Shown one piece after another: positions 20,703 through 34,334 of a stretch of 63,866 nt of DNA; the stretch's first letter is position 1; each line of letters starts with the position of its first letter. The notes below the pieces were generated by a model. That model was not told the DNA's origin and ran no database searches. It worked only from the letters and a program-made list of their open reading frames with translations. Source of the stretch: Amphiscolops sp. MND2022 (lineage: Eukaryota). The stretch is from contig OZ076409.1 of NCBI GenBank assembly GCA_964187785.1, positions 90,274,001-90,337,866 on the forward strand, written 5' to 3'. The position numbers and the translations under genes are program-made.

Positions 20703-22624
20703 TGTGAAGTGCTTGCTTAATTTGTTACGGTGCTTGTTAAGTTAGTAGGAAAATTGATGAATCTATATCTCTCTTCCAATTAGCGGAAGCTTCAAAATTA
20801 GTGATTTTCCTTCCTTCAGTTTTTCTCTTTGAATTTCGGTAGTTATAAGCCTCAATTATTGTCTAATTTGTGAACTCTTAGTTCACTTCCCTTCTATTTT
20901 CTTGACTGAAAACTGAAATTATGCTCCTACTTAAAATTTTCATTTAATGCCTTCCAGCACTTACACAAAGGAAATTTCAGGTTTGAGTTCAAACGGAAGG
21001 ACTTTATTTTTGCGACCCGGGAAAAAAGATTGTTTGGGTTCAGAAATAGGTGAATTGAACCTTTCTCTATTTATACTAAAATTGTAATAAATATCAGTTA
21101 TACAAAAGCAAAACAAACAAATTAGGCTAAATAAACAAAATACAACTAAATCTGGTTTAATATCAATCTTTAAATGAAGTAAGTTAAGTTGCTAGGAAAA
21201 GGTTATTGAATTAAGTTATCAAGAAATAAGCTGTAAAGTTTTTATTATGTTTTGTTTTATTAAGTCTGAGGTTAGGCCTCTTTTCTAAAGTGCAGCTAAT
21301 AGCTTGCACGGTGTTTATAGTCCACCGATTGTCACGGACTGGGAAAGATAGCGAATTGCTATTCTTTGGTTTTAGAACAACGCTTCGTTGTACTGTTTTT
21401 ATAGAGCGCTATACGGCTACTCTTTGTCTCAAGTTGAGAACAGTCCGACTTGAAGAGTCAGACAATAGCTAAGTTGTTTAAGTCTCTTATAACCCAGCAG
21501 AGGCTGTGGTTTATAGTTTAGAGTCAGTGAATATCACCAGACTTTGGTTTAGAGTCCACTATAAAGCAGGGACTATTCAATCTTTGTTGAACAAAGACGG
21601 TATAATAGCTTCTGTTCGAAGTCAAAAGTCAACTGAAACTCCAACGTAAGAGAATGATTGCTCTAGCTTGAGAGCAGACTTGAAATTGTTTTGGCTCGGA
21701 AATAGTGTTGAAAATTGTCTAAGTCAGAATTTGCTTCAGCTAGGAAGCAGGCTTGACAAAAGTATAAGTTAACTTTGCTTTACTTGAAGCAGTGTTGAAA
21801 ATCGTCTAAGACAAAATTTGCTTCAGCTAGGAAGCAGGCTTGGCAAAAGTATAAGTTAGATTTGCTTTACTTGAAGCAGTATTGAAAATCGTCTAAGACA
21901 AAATTTGCTTCAGCTAGGAAGCAGGCTTGACAAAAGTATAAGTTAGATTTGCTTTACTTGAAGCAGTGTTGAAAATCGTCTAAGACAAAATTGAGCCAAG
22001 ACTTGTAAAATTTTATGAAATACTGATTTAAGTTTAAGTTAAGAAAAAGACTTAGAAAAATGAAAGTGAAAGTGAAAGCTCCGAAAAGAAAATTGAAAAG
22101 ATTTTAACTAACAAATACTGCGCCGCGCTGATGATGGGAGTCGAACTCGTGCAAAGAGATTGAGAGGTTGGAGTGGTCGGGTTTGTCGATTTAGTATTAT
22201 TCCAAAAGAGGAGCTCTGAGAGTTGAAAATTTGCTCTGCTTTTATACTAAATTTGACCGCTTCGTCAGCCAATAAAATCGAATCACTATCGTGATTGGCT
22301 AACGAGCATGACGTCATATGACGTCAAGCCAAATGACTATACAAACGAAAGTGTTCTGTATGTGTTATTCGTAGGCGTAGCGTCCACGACAAAATGATGT
22401 CATTTGACGTCATGACCAAATAAGGAATGCGTGCAGCATTGCTGAACAAGGGAGTGGACACGTTCGAGCGTGTTCAAAATTCAGAGCTGAGCGGGAAAAT
22501 AACAGAGATAAAACTGCGCAAGTTACAACAGACAAAATTATATATTACAAGTTTTGAGTTTACTTCTTTTTGTGTTTTCACGGTAAGTTTCTTTCTTTTT
22601 ATTTGCTATAAGTCGCACACGACA
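20703..22624 (-). repeat. 5' LTR (1,922 bp)
   Basis: Direct repeat of 3867-5788; followed on the minus strand by the PBS. Confidence 0.97.
22240..22415 (-). promoter_or_regulatory. LTR U3 promoter: TATAAAA, CCAAT boxes and three CRE palindromes (TGACGTCA); same motifs in the 3' LTR at ~5404-5580
   Basis: Minus-strand GTATAAAAG; AGCCAAT in both orientations; TGACGTCA x3. Confidence 0.65.
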
Positions 22625-22633
22625 CTTCTAAAA

Positions 22634-23125
22634 CGAAACAAGCCGGGAACGTCTCAAGTCGGCGCCATACCTAAGGCTCAACAAGAGAGAAGTTACCGGA
22701 CGATTTTTTAACATCCATTCTTTTTCAAAAAATGAAAAAAAATGAAGGGGACCATTTTTCAGCATTGAAAAATTTTCGAAATAAAAATTGCGTAATTTGA
22801 ACAGTCTCATAGTGTCAAAAAAATTAAAAGGGGGACCATTTGGGGTTTTTGTAACATCCATTCTGTTGCAAATTATCAAATAAATCCAGGGGGCATTTGG
22901 AGACATCTAAAATTTCGAAAAAAAAAGTGAAGACGGAGGACCCTTCTGCTTTGAAATAGTTTTGTATTTCATGTTAGAGGTTTTGAATGCGTTCAAAATG
23001 AAGTACTAAGTACTTATGGAAAAAGTGCACAGTGCACAAAAAGTGGACCGATCGCGATGAACTGACTCAAAACAACTGGCCACTGTAAGAGTCAGGCTTT
23101 TTCTTCGAAAGCGCCAACTAAAAAA
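22634..23125 (-). mobile_element. Helentron-like non-autonomous element (HINE)
   Basis: Asymmetric subterminal inverted repeats AGTCGGCGC / GCGCCAACT with a T-run at one end and a GC-rich terminus at the other. Confidence 0.55.
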
Positions 23126-23528
23126 CCAGAAACAACAGAAGGCCTCCCTTGAATTTTTTTCGACACCGTGAAGATTGTTTCTGATTTTTTTTTGGCTTCA
23201 AAAGGGCAGTTTTTGGAATAATCTGATACTTTGCAACCGCGTAAAGAAAAATGGCCGAACAAGATTTTTTTCAATTTATTTGGTAATTTGAGACTTCGAA
23301 ATTCGCTCAAAAACATTGAATATTATATATCACATTAAGAATATTTTTAATCATTTAATTATCCAACGTGGACGCAAAATAGCAAAATTCTCTCAAAAAC
23401 AAGGCTTGCAGTGAATTTGAAAAAAATTTTACATGGGGCGCCAATTTGAGACCTGTTTAGTTGTTTTGTTAATTCGGAACCTTCAGGAAAGAGCGATGAA
23501 AATTTGAAACATATTGAAATAACTATAC

Positions 23529-23833
23529 CTGTATTGAGTCCCTTTCGTCAGAATCAAATCACCGTCATGGATCTCCACTGTCATCGAGGTCATATCCGCG
23601 ATTTCGAGTAAGCATATTATTCCATTTTCTTGTAACGTTCTCAGCGTGAACGAAAGGTAATTGGCGGTTAGCGTTTGATTGACAATTTCAACCACTACAT
23701 TGCTGGATGTTTCTGCAGAGTTTGGGTTCGCTACGTTGTGAAGAAACGTGAAGGCATTTGAAGTATGTAACAAAAGGGTCATCACAAACAGCAGTCGTAT
23801 GGGACGTTGATCGCAATTGATATGTGTCGACAT
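23529..23833 (-). CDS. Host exon: signal peptide plus N-terminal half of the LamG domain, spliced to exon 3162-3697
   Basis: Hydrophobic leader LLFVMTLLLHTSNA; LSFTLRT..NGII LamG motif; phase-2 donor AG|GTATAG joins in frame to give TQYR|VPYWKRLSDG. Confidence 0.75.
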
Positions 23834-24312
23834 TTTGAAAGGAAAACAGAAGACGAATACCTCTACTTTCTAAGCTCCAGTCTGGTTCAGGTCCTTAAAA
23901 AGCAAGATCTGATGTTTGAAGTAATAAGCGAAAACGCCGAGCTCAATTTTGCTGAGGCATAAACAAGAAAAAATTGATAATTTTCTATTTTGTTTTTGCT
24001 CCACGTTGTACATTTTTCCTGGGGAAGATGATAATTACAGAAAACTCAATCTTAAAATCAAATTTGGTCTCAAAAAATTTCTTGGAGAAATCACCGAGAC
24101 GTTAATATTTATTATGCACCTTGATTGAGTATTCGACATTTTTTCTGTCAATTCGATTTATATGCAACTGCAAATCGGACATTTCTCATTAATCATTTGA
24201 GACAGTTCGAAATTTTTACTTGAATGATCACAAATGAAGGGCTACGTGGAATTTTTCTTAATGCATAAGCATCACCACAAGTTTGATAATTTTGCACCTG
24301 TGGAACTCCTGT

Positions 24313-24733
24313 TTTTAGTCGGCACGTTTTCCTTTTGAAGAAAAAAGTCCGACTATTACAGTGGCAAGTTTTTTTTCGTCAGGATGTATGCGTAGTGGAC
24401 ACTTTTTACAGAACTATTAAACTACTGGACCGGAAACGAATCTAAGTTAGTTCAAAGGATGCCCTTTCATTTACTCCATTTTTAACGTATGATACAAAAC
24501 CGGACGAAACTATAGGGACGAAATCACCTTTGAATTTTTTCGGCACTGTGCGACCTTTTTTTCGAGTTTTTTTGTGCGACGTTTTGTCTCCAAAGGGCCC
24601 CTTTCAATTTTTTGATATTTTGCAACAAATTGGATTCTCAAAAAGCACAAAAGGTCCCCCTTTTACAATTTTGAAACTTTGAGCTTTTTGAGCCTTAGAT
24701 ATAGCCCCGACTTTTTAGACGTTCCCGTCTTGT
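24313..24733 (+). mobile_element. Helentron-like non-autonomous element, same family
   Basis: TTTTTAGTCGGC start; GAGCCTTAG..CCGACTT..CGTTCCCGTCTTG end matching the reverse complement of ~22640-22680. Confidence 0.5.
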
Positions 24734-26928
24734 TAATGATAGTTAGCCCTGGATACAATCGGTTGTTGTTCGTTAAAAATACTCTAATTAGCTAAAAACT
24801 TGACACATATCGGCGAGTTATAGGTTGGACAATTTTTGGTAAAATATGCAGTCAGTATCGAGCAATTTTTCTGTTGAAAATCTTTTTTCGGGGTTCTCTT
24901 CTCTCAAATCGAGACTGAGCCTACTTTCACTATTGTTGCCTTACTTCTGTTTTAATTTGTAGAGTGTATTGCGTGGTCACTTGGCCCAGTGGTGACAATA
25001 CGCACTGGGAAATAATCCCTTTCAGTGTGAAAATGTTCTATCGTAATTCGCATTTGATACTACACCTGAAACCAGGACTTTTTGTTGCAAATTGCATACC
25101 AACATTAAAACTCAATTCTAAGTATCTCAGGTTTTTTCCGTGAGTCTCTGTACACCAATCGTCATTCCCCATTTCACATAAATTCTTGACTTTAACGTAA
25201 TATTCGAGTTCTTTCCTGCACTGGGTGGGTCTTTTTCAAACAAGAAAGCTGCAAACGAATCTTTAGATTTTTTTGCGGCCCTCACCGAACAGTTGCTCTC
25301 TATGACGATATACATGTAGCAATGTTGTAAAAAAAACTACATAATATGAAAATGTTTGGATTTGATATGTCAAAAAATATGTGAAATATAACTTAGTAAA
25401 TAAAGTTGATGCATTAGTACAAAGTTCTTCAAAAATCACAAACCTTATTGGAAAAAACAGTAACGATAAAATTAATGAAGTAACCGATTCTACAACTGAG
25501 TTGCCAATCTACAGTTAGGAAAAAAACGTCGCCGAAAACGTCTTCGAAGTTCGCTGAGTAATCATTATAATATCCGAAAACGCTCAGAGTGATATTATAC
25601 TTCTGGCTTTTTCAGAGATGGCATCAGTTTGGTTTCACGCAGTTTGTACTGGAAAAAACTGGCAGATATTTACTGACACAAACTGTGACCATGCGGCAGA
25701 ACGTTACTATATTCTGAAGTACACAGAAATATTTCATGATCAATTTATGAATCATTATAACATGCAGAGTCAGGCAAAAACTACCAAGTAATCAAAAGAG
25801 TAGAAAAACACCAAATTGCGAATAAAATAAAATCACGATATGCTTCAAGTATGTATCATCATCAAAACCAACCGATGGGATTTTTGTAATTATGAGTTTC
25901 AATATTTTAGAAGTGAGCCTCCAAGACTTTTTAGTAGCGGCGTCGACAGTCATTATTTTTTTGCTGCCAAACAACTTTCAAAAAAGTCCGTTTTTGGTCA
26001 AGCCACACTGATATATCTGAATTAGTGATTTTTTTCAACAGTTTAGATCAAATCGTATATTTGAGTTACGATGTTTTCAAGTAGCAACAAGAACCTATTT
26101 GATTTTTAGTTTGATGACTCAATGTTGCATCGATTAGTTGTGCTTGATTAGATGACAATTGGTGCAAAAAGCTCCTCTTATTACAGAAAAGATCCGAAAA
26201 TGAAATGAAAGATGAAAACAAACATCAATACTTTTCAAAACAAATGTCAGATGTATCAGATTTAGGCAGCGTAAGTTGTCCAAAGTTCTCTAAACTTTGT
26301 TCGTCACTCGTTCATTTTTTAAATTGTGAACTACTGTTTTTTATGGGTCATGCTAGCTTAGGTAGAACGGACGAGGAAGATAATACTTTTGATTGTTGTT
26401 GTGTCGTAAAACGTTATCAATTTTCCCACATATTTTCATATGGAAAAAGGAAATTGCCAATTGAGCCGCGCTCTTTTTCCAAAATTTGTAATGTTCCAAT
26501 CTCGTACACGAATTGGAGGTCACAACCAAAAAACTCAACTGACATAAACTTAGTTCCGTGCGATATGTATTACTAGATATTTTGCAATTTTTTGACTGGT
26601 TCCAAAACGACACCAGAATGACACCAAAACAGTCAAAATTTACAATGTTTCCAATTTTTAACTGTCAAATGCTGTTTTCCAGTTTTTGAATATAGATTGG
26701 AACAATCAAAAAGTCTTGCACGTAACCAGCTATCCAGAAAGTAAAAACCAAAAACCAAATATCTAGAATGAACAGGAATTATCTATTACGAACAGGAATC
26801 TGAAAAGTTTGGTTGAAGAAAACATCCCAAAGTGACCCAAAAAAACCTGAACACTGAACAAAATTCCCAACTGTAAACCTTTTTTAAACAATTTCTGAAC
26901 AGTGTTTGAGCGTTTCCGGTACAATATC

Positions 26929-27418
26929 AACAAGCCGGGACCGGCCCAAGTCGGCGTCATATTTAAGGCTCAAAAATAGCAAAAGAATTTCAAAACTATT
27001 GGTGAATTGGGACCCTTTTATGAAAAAAAAATTCTCACAAAAAAAGTCTCACAATTCCGGAAAAAACTGAAAGAGGAGACCCTTTGAGATTTTTCAACAT
27101 CCATTCTGTCGCAAAGCTCCAAAAGAAATGAGGGGAGACCCTCTAGGGAAAAATTTTTTCCCGAGAAAAAATCTCGCAATTCCGAAAAAAATGAAAGGGG
27201 GACCATTTGGTCTCGTTCGGTATGTTATGTTACGCGGGACACCTTTCTGGTTCAGTTCTTTGGGCCATCGGGTACAATTAGGTAGCTTCGTAAAGTTTTG
27301 CAGAGCTTTTGTGTAAGAACTATTTTGGACACGCCAGGTGTCTCGAAAGAAAATAAAACACTGACGAAAAGCCATGACTATAGTCGAAATTTTTCTCTAG
27401 AAACGCGCCGACTAAAAA
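26929..27418 (-). mobile_element. Helentron-like non-autonomous element, same family
   Basis: AAGCCGGGACCGGCCC hairpin plus AAGTCGGCG; other end GCGCCGACTAAAAA. Confidence 0.55.
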
Positions 27419-28605
27419 TGTTATAGGACAAGTGAACCAGCTATTAGAAGTATACGAATTCCCGATTCGGGCCAGTCAAATATTTTTTTGAAAAAAAATG
27501 TTGATTATTTTTTAAATAAAAAAATCAACGTTTTTTTCACAACTAACTGTTAAAAAATAACCAAGGCAAACCATCTAAAAATCAGCCTTTTTTCGCAACT
27601 GAAAAATTAACAAAAGAAAAATCAATGAACAAATTTTTCCAGTGGAAAACTTTGTCATAAAAGAAAAATTCACTAACCTCCATTTTATTGTAGATGGTAA
27701 TAGAGAAAATTTGTATCGAGAGATTCCTTGTAGTAAAAACTTTTGGAAAGAATTGTAGCTTTCAAGTGGAAACATATGGTATTGAAATAACATCAAGTGG
27801 AACGTCACTTGTTGAATTTTTCGAGACATATAAATTTTCCGAGACAAATGAAAAAACCGATATAAAAATCTGAAATTTGAAAAAAACCGACACAAATATC
27901 TCGGAAAAATTTTCAAATCTATATATAGAAAATTTTTATTCCTAATCTTAATACATGGGAAAAGTTAAATTGCTCAATATCTCAACGGGAAATCATTTTT
28001 GAGAAAAACAATAGAGATAAAAGTTGTAGACAATCTAAAGTTACACAAATTTTGAACCTGCCGTTTTTCTCTAAAATCAACCCACTGATTACCACCTGCC
28101 CCAACAGGTGTGAAAATTGGTTTTTTTTCATTTTCCTCGAAACTGAGTCATCCTACAATGCCGACGCAGAAAATCAAAGTTATAGACAATAACAAGAAAA
28201 ACTTTTTTTCAGTAGGAACGTTTTCTGCATCTTGGACCCACTGATTACCAGGTGAGAAAACAGGTGTGAAAATTGAGTTTTTCTCATTTTTCTCAAGACT
28301 GGTTGGTCCTACCGTGAAAAGTCAGTGAATAAAATTGGAGACATCCAAAATATGAACAACTTTTGTCACTAACAAATTTTTTCATCTTGAACCCACAGGT
28401 GAGAAAAATTTAAAAAATTCCATTTTTTTTAAAAAAGACATTTTGAAAAATATTAATTAAACTATTGTTTCTTTAATAAAAGGAAATGGAAAATTGTAGA
28501 ATTTGTAATTCAAATTATAAAAAATGTTTCAAATCTGATCATTATAAATCAGTAAAACATCTTGAAAAATTAAATCAAAATTAATGTAAAAAATGTAATT
28601 CATAT

Positions 28606-31600
28606 ATGCCCTTATCAGAAAAAAGTTCTCATCTAAATTCAGATGAACATAAAAATAAAACCGAACAACGACATGTTTGGTGTGAAGATTGTAATAGATA
28701 TATATCTGATGAAACAAGACATTTCCAATGTGAAATTCATTTACAAAACCGTCAAAACCGTCAACAAAACAATATAGAAAACACCTTCGGTAATGGAGTA
28801 GAAATAATTATGAATGAAAATACATACCTTAAATTGAAAGTAAATCCTACTGAAAATCTTGAACATAACATAAATAAAGTATTAAATAAAAATTATTTTC
28901 CTCGATATAAATATCAATTGAGTTATTTAGCTAAATTTATAAAAAAAGTTACATTCGGTAATGGAGAAGAGGAAGTTGTATTTAAAAGATGGATAAAATC
29001 AGATCTAATGTATAACAATATACAACCAGATACTCATAACACATTAATGCAGAAATTAGATGATGAACAATTAGAAGGATCAGGTTTTGTGTTTCAAGAA
29101 TTAGAAGAAGTTATTTTAGAAATATATAAAGTTAATGATATCCAAGCTAGTTCATGGGTTGAGTTACCAGGAAAATATAAGGATAGTAAATCAATTATAA
29201 TTATAAAGAATAATGATCAATATTGTTTTTTATGGTGTATTTTAGCCCAGTTGTATCCAGTTGAGAATCATAAAGATAGAATATCAAAATGTATTATTCA
29301 TTTAAATAAACTCAACCTGAAAGGCTTAGAGTTCCCAATGAAAGTTAAAGAATTTCCCAAGTTCGAAAACCTAAATAATTTAAACATAAATGTATTTGAA
29401 CTCACTGGAATTGTTTTAACACCAATCCACGTTAACAAAAAGTACTTACAACCACAAATAGATTTGTTATTGTATGAGAATCACTATTGTCTAATAACAA
29501 GGTTGCATTGTCTAATAAATAAAGATTCACACATGCGATGGGTGTGTAGAAGATGTTTAACAGCATTTAGTTCACAACCAGTTCTAATTGATCAAATGGA
29601 AAGATGTATAAAACAACAACCAACTAAAATCAGTTTCAGTTATAAAGATCATCTAAAATTTGAAGACCACCACATGAAAATACCTTTACCTATTAGAGTA
29701 TATGCAGATTTTGAATGTATTAATCAACCTCAAAACATCCCTAATGTATTGTTTAAACAAATTCCAATTGCAGTAGGATTTTATGTAATTTCACCATTTG
29801 GAAACAAGTACAGCTCTTACTTTGGAACAGATTGTACCAAGTGGTTTGTAAAGGAAATGTTAAAATTAGAACTAGAAGCAAATAAATATTTTTTAAAACA
29901 AACTTAGAATTACAAATAACTCCTGAAGAAGAAGAATCATTTCAACAATCCACCATATGCTGGCTCTGAAAATTCACTCGATAATACCGAAGGCGCTTTG
30001 TGTACTAAGGTTAGAGATCATGATCATCTAACAGGAAAATCCAGAGGAGCAGCTCATAATATATGTAACATAAATTGTAAACAAAGGTCATACAGTTTTG
30101 TTCCTATATTTTTCCATAACTTTTCTGGGTATGATTGTCATCTTATATTTGAAGAACTTTTAACCGAAGCATACAATCAAAATTATAATCCAACGATAAT
30201 TCCAAAATCACTGGAAAATTATGTTAGTGTACAAGTAGGTTGTTTGAGATTCTTAGATTCATACCGATTTCTTTCTTCCAGTTTAGATAAATTAGTTAAG
30301 AGTCTAGACAATTTTCCTATCATGAAATTGGAAGGAATGAGTGATGATTTATTCAAAAAGAAATTAGCTTATCCAATTGAATTAAATCTTGATAACTTTC
30401 AGGAACCATTAAATCTAACCAAAGAAGATTATTGGTCAACATTAACACAATTTTATCCATCAGATGATGATATAAAAAGAACCCAAGAATTAATTGATAA
30501 AGATAAAATTAAAAAGGGAAGAGAAATAACAATGGTATATTTAAAAATGGATGTTCTTCAATTAGCTAATGTATTCGAAAACTTTGTGAAATGTTCTACA
30601 CGAGAATATAAAATTAATCCTTTGTATAGTTACCCTCTACCTGGTTATACATGGAAAGCAGGTTTGAAGTTGACTGATATAAAGTTAGACTTTATAAAAG
30701 ATAAAAACCTACTGCTACTACTTGAAAATAATATCCGTGGAGGAATTTCAAGTGTTATAGGTGATCGTCACGTGCAATCTGATGAAAATGAGCAAATCTT
30801 ATACATTGATGCTAATAATCTATATGGATGGGCAATGAGTCAATATCTAACTACAGGCGAATTCAAAAAACTACAACTTCCAGAAAACTACTCACAAGAT
30901 CAATTAGTAGAAGATTTATTACAAATACCTGATGATAATGAATATGGTTACTTCATAGAATGTGATTTAGAAAATCCTGTTGAAATTAAAGAAAAAACAA
31001 AAAACTCTCCTTTTTGTCCGTATCAAACAAAAGCAGATCCAGACTTATTCTCAGGTTATATGATTAGTGTAAATCAACCTAATTACAAACCAACATCAAA
31101 ACTTATGTGTGATGTAACCAATAAATCGAAATATATGATACATTATAGGATGTTTAAGTTTTATCTTAACCAAGGGATGAAAGTAACGAAGATACATGCA
31201 ATCTACCGCTTCAAGCAAAGTCCATGGTTAGGTAAATAGATCGATCATAAAACTCAGAATTGCACAGTAGCGAAAACAAACTTTGAAAAGGATCTTTATA
31301 AATTAATGAACAATGCTTTCTTCGGCAAGACAATGGAAAATGTAAGAGATAGAACCAGTCTAGAATTCATTGATCATTCTCAAATAGATCAAATAATAAA
31401 AAGACAATCCAAGTCAAGTTTCAAAGGCATTGTGGATCATTATTCTAAGTTTAGTGTGTACAAGTTTGATAAAGAAAAAACAGTCTTTGATAAACCAATT
31501 TATTTAGGTTTTACAGTTTTAGAACTATCAAAACTATTAATGTATGAATTTTATTATAACAAATTACAACCATATTGGAAACAATCCATACAACTACACT

Positions 31601-32114
31601 ACATGGACACTGATAGTTTTATTCTGAGTTTTGATACAAACCACCAAGAACTAATAAACTTTTTACAAGAAAACAAAGATGAATTTGATTTCAGTGAATT
31701 ACCCAAATCTCATGAATTATATGATCCTATTAACAAAAAAGTTATAGGAAAAATGAAAATTGAAACAAGTCCAGTTTTGGTGTTAGATACCTTCACAGCA
31801 TTGCGATCAAAGTCATATCCTTTTAGTTAAAATAGTATCATTCCAAAAGCGAAACAAAAAGGAATACAAAAGCTCCCAAATGTGAAGAATATCAAAATTC
31901 ATTGTTTAATTCAGAAACATCAAGTTCTACAAATATATCAAATAGATCTAATTTACACAACCTTACAGTTGAAAAACAACCTAAGTTGTGTTTGAATCCT
32001 TTTGACGATAAACGTTTGTATATAAATCCAATACAAAGTTTACCATGGGATAAACACACACAAAAAGGTGATTGTCCTTGTATATATTGTTTGAAATTAA
32101 TTGGTTTGTATTAA
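28606..32114 (+). pseudogene. polB: Protein-primed DNA polymerase B, broken by frameshifts and stops
   Basis: YADFE, DHDHLTG..RG.AH..CN, FHNFSGYD, FLDS, YIDANNLYG, KL.MNNAFFG, YMDTDS. Confidence 0.95.
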
Positions 32115-32344
32115 AAAAATTTAACTATAAATGATAATGGTAGCAAGAAAACAGATGAAGAAATTTATTTGAATATTTGGTACCAAAAAGAAAATCTAAC
32201 CCATCAACAACTTGTGAAGTTGATAAGTGATCGAGCACATGTTTTATAATTATATTTCTTTTATAAAAATAAAAATATTATTTTATAAATTTATTTATTA
32301 TATTTTTTAAATAAGGAATCTCTGATATCATTAAATTATAAATT

Positions 32345-32422
32345 TATATAATAAAATCAATTTTATATAATAAAATCAATTTTATATAATAAAATCAATT
32401 TTATATAATAAAATCAATTTTA
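32345..32422. repeat. 19-bp tandem repeat TTTTATATAATAAAATCAA (~4 units) between convergent polB and MCP
   Basis: Direct inspection; contains AATAAA. Confidence 0.8.
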
Positions 32423-32459
32423 TTTTATATATTATATTTATTTACTGAAAGAACTTTGC

Positions 32460-33689
32460 TTATAATAAATCAAAATGCCTTTGTCCATCACTACTGATAC
32501 TTATCAGTTTAGGTGTTAGGACTAGGGCATAAGCTATATAACCTGCTACATCAATGGCAGCATTAAATTTGAATTTTAATCTAATAGGTTGACTGGCAAT
32601 ATTATCATTTTGTTTGGATAAGTCAAATACATAAAAATTTTAATTTGTTCTGAATTTGTGCAAATCAATAAATGGATTGAGTAGATTAGTTTCACTTTTT
32701 AACAAATAAAAGTTTTCAATTTCACTATATTCTTGATCATATTAATCTCTATCATAATCACATTCTATTCCATCATCGGGATGTTTTTCTGATCCTATTT
32801 TACAAACACCACTACTAATTGGAAGTCTATCAATTGTTGCATTATCATGTGTTTGTGAATCCACTTTATTTCTAGCTTGAAATCCATTAATTATAAAACT
32901 TAGTGTCGATTCTCCACTGCTGTCTAATTCAAATGTCCAATTATTATTCGTGTTAACATCTTTTCTAAATACAATCCGTTCCATGTTATATGTTTCGGTT
33001 GGATCTTTGTCTAATATTTGATCCATCACGAGTTGTTGGTTTTCCATTGATGGTGTGTAGTGTGGAATGTACCAGGAGATGTCTTTTATATTTATTTTTG
33101 CAGCATCCACACCATTGTCCCTGATAATAGGATCATTATTATTATTACGTTTTAATGTGAGACTGTAACCCAATCCATAAGTTATTTTTTCTTGATCAGC
33201 GAATCCAAATATTTCAGTTAATTTTATTCTCACAAAAAAGGTTCCTTTCTCTGTTTTATTATTTGTTAGTTCTTGTCTTCTAGTTGCTTGTGATTCTTCA
33301 AACCCATACATCAATTGACTTGTTTGTTGATTAGATGTTAAAAGTTTATACATCAATGAAATTGGGTGTAGATTATCAACTTTTTCTAAATGCTTGCCCG
33401 AACTAGTAGTTAACTTAGCTTCACTAAATAAAGCAACGGGTCCAAAGTTGACCAAGGTTGTTTGATCACCATCTGCATATCTTGTATCATGATTTTCAGG
33501 AACTTCAAATTCTAATGATATATATGAGTTTTGTAAACAAATATATGCATCTTCTGTTGGGAATATGATGGAAACATTTGAATTACTATTATTAATTGTA
33601 GCTAAACTACTAGGTGAATATTTAATAAAATCAATTTTCTGAATAGGTTTATCCATAGCATATTTATTTTTCAATGAAAATAATTCCAT
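32460..33689 (-). pseudogene. Major capsid protein (double jelly-roll), two premature stops
   Basis: Frame continues past the stop at 32742 into YVFDLSKQ..IRLKFKF..YALVL, a typical Polinton MCP C-terminus. Confidence 0.8.
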
Positions 33690-33779
33690 TTAAATAAGAA
33701 TAAATGTTCATGATGATGATTTAAAATTTATATTTATATTATTTTTACTATATAAATTTATCCTAAAAAAGTAAACTCA

Positions 33780-34277
33780 GATTTTAGTTTAGTTTTATTG
33801 TTTTTATACACATCGTAAGTTTGTTTTAATTTGTTGTATTCATTCAGATCAATTTAATTGTCTTCTAAACATTTTGAATGTAGTTTACAGAAATCATTTA
33901 GTGTTCTACCAGCAAGAGTACATTTTTTAATATTGTGTTGTTCTTTTCTTTTCAGGTATTCGTTAAGAATTTTACTGATTATGGATACTCCTGCACCTAT
34001 ACCACTCGCGATTGTTACCACAATAAGTCCAACTCCGGTAACACTTAATGTGATAGCAGTTGAAGAAACACTCAATAATAAAATTCCATCAAAAGATTGA
34101 ATTAAACCGTTTATAATTTTAAGTTTTGGATTTCTTTTTATACTTTTTAGATTCATGATTATAAAAATTTTGAATATCTTTCATATTTTGAATTGAAATA
34201 TTAAAACTATTTATTTCTTTCAGTCGCAAATCAAAACTATCACTTAGTTGTAAACAAGGGTACAATTTTTCACTCAT
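33780..34277 (-). pseudogene. Polinton protein with a Gly/Ala-rich hydrophobic hairpin (like the adintovirus membrane-active 'gasderminX'-type ORF)
   Basis: ITLSVTGVGLIVVTIASGIGAGVSII flanked by basic helices; frameshifted. Confidence 0.5.
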
Positions 34278-34334
34278 TTAACTTTAAATAAAAACTTAAT
34301 TTTATAAAATATTTAGTTTAAATTTTACAAGTAT

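Larger units (their letters stand above)
3867..22624 (-). mobile_element. Full-length 18,758-bp Ty3/gypsy LTR retroelement with env and accessory genes
   Basis: Two 1,922-bp LTRs with TG...CA ends; 4-bp TSD CTTC (3863-3866 and 22625-22628); PBS; gag; PR-RT-RH-IN domain order. Confidence 0.97.
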
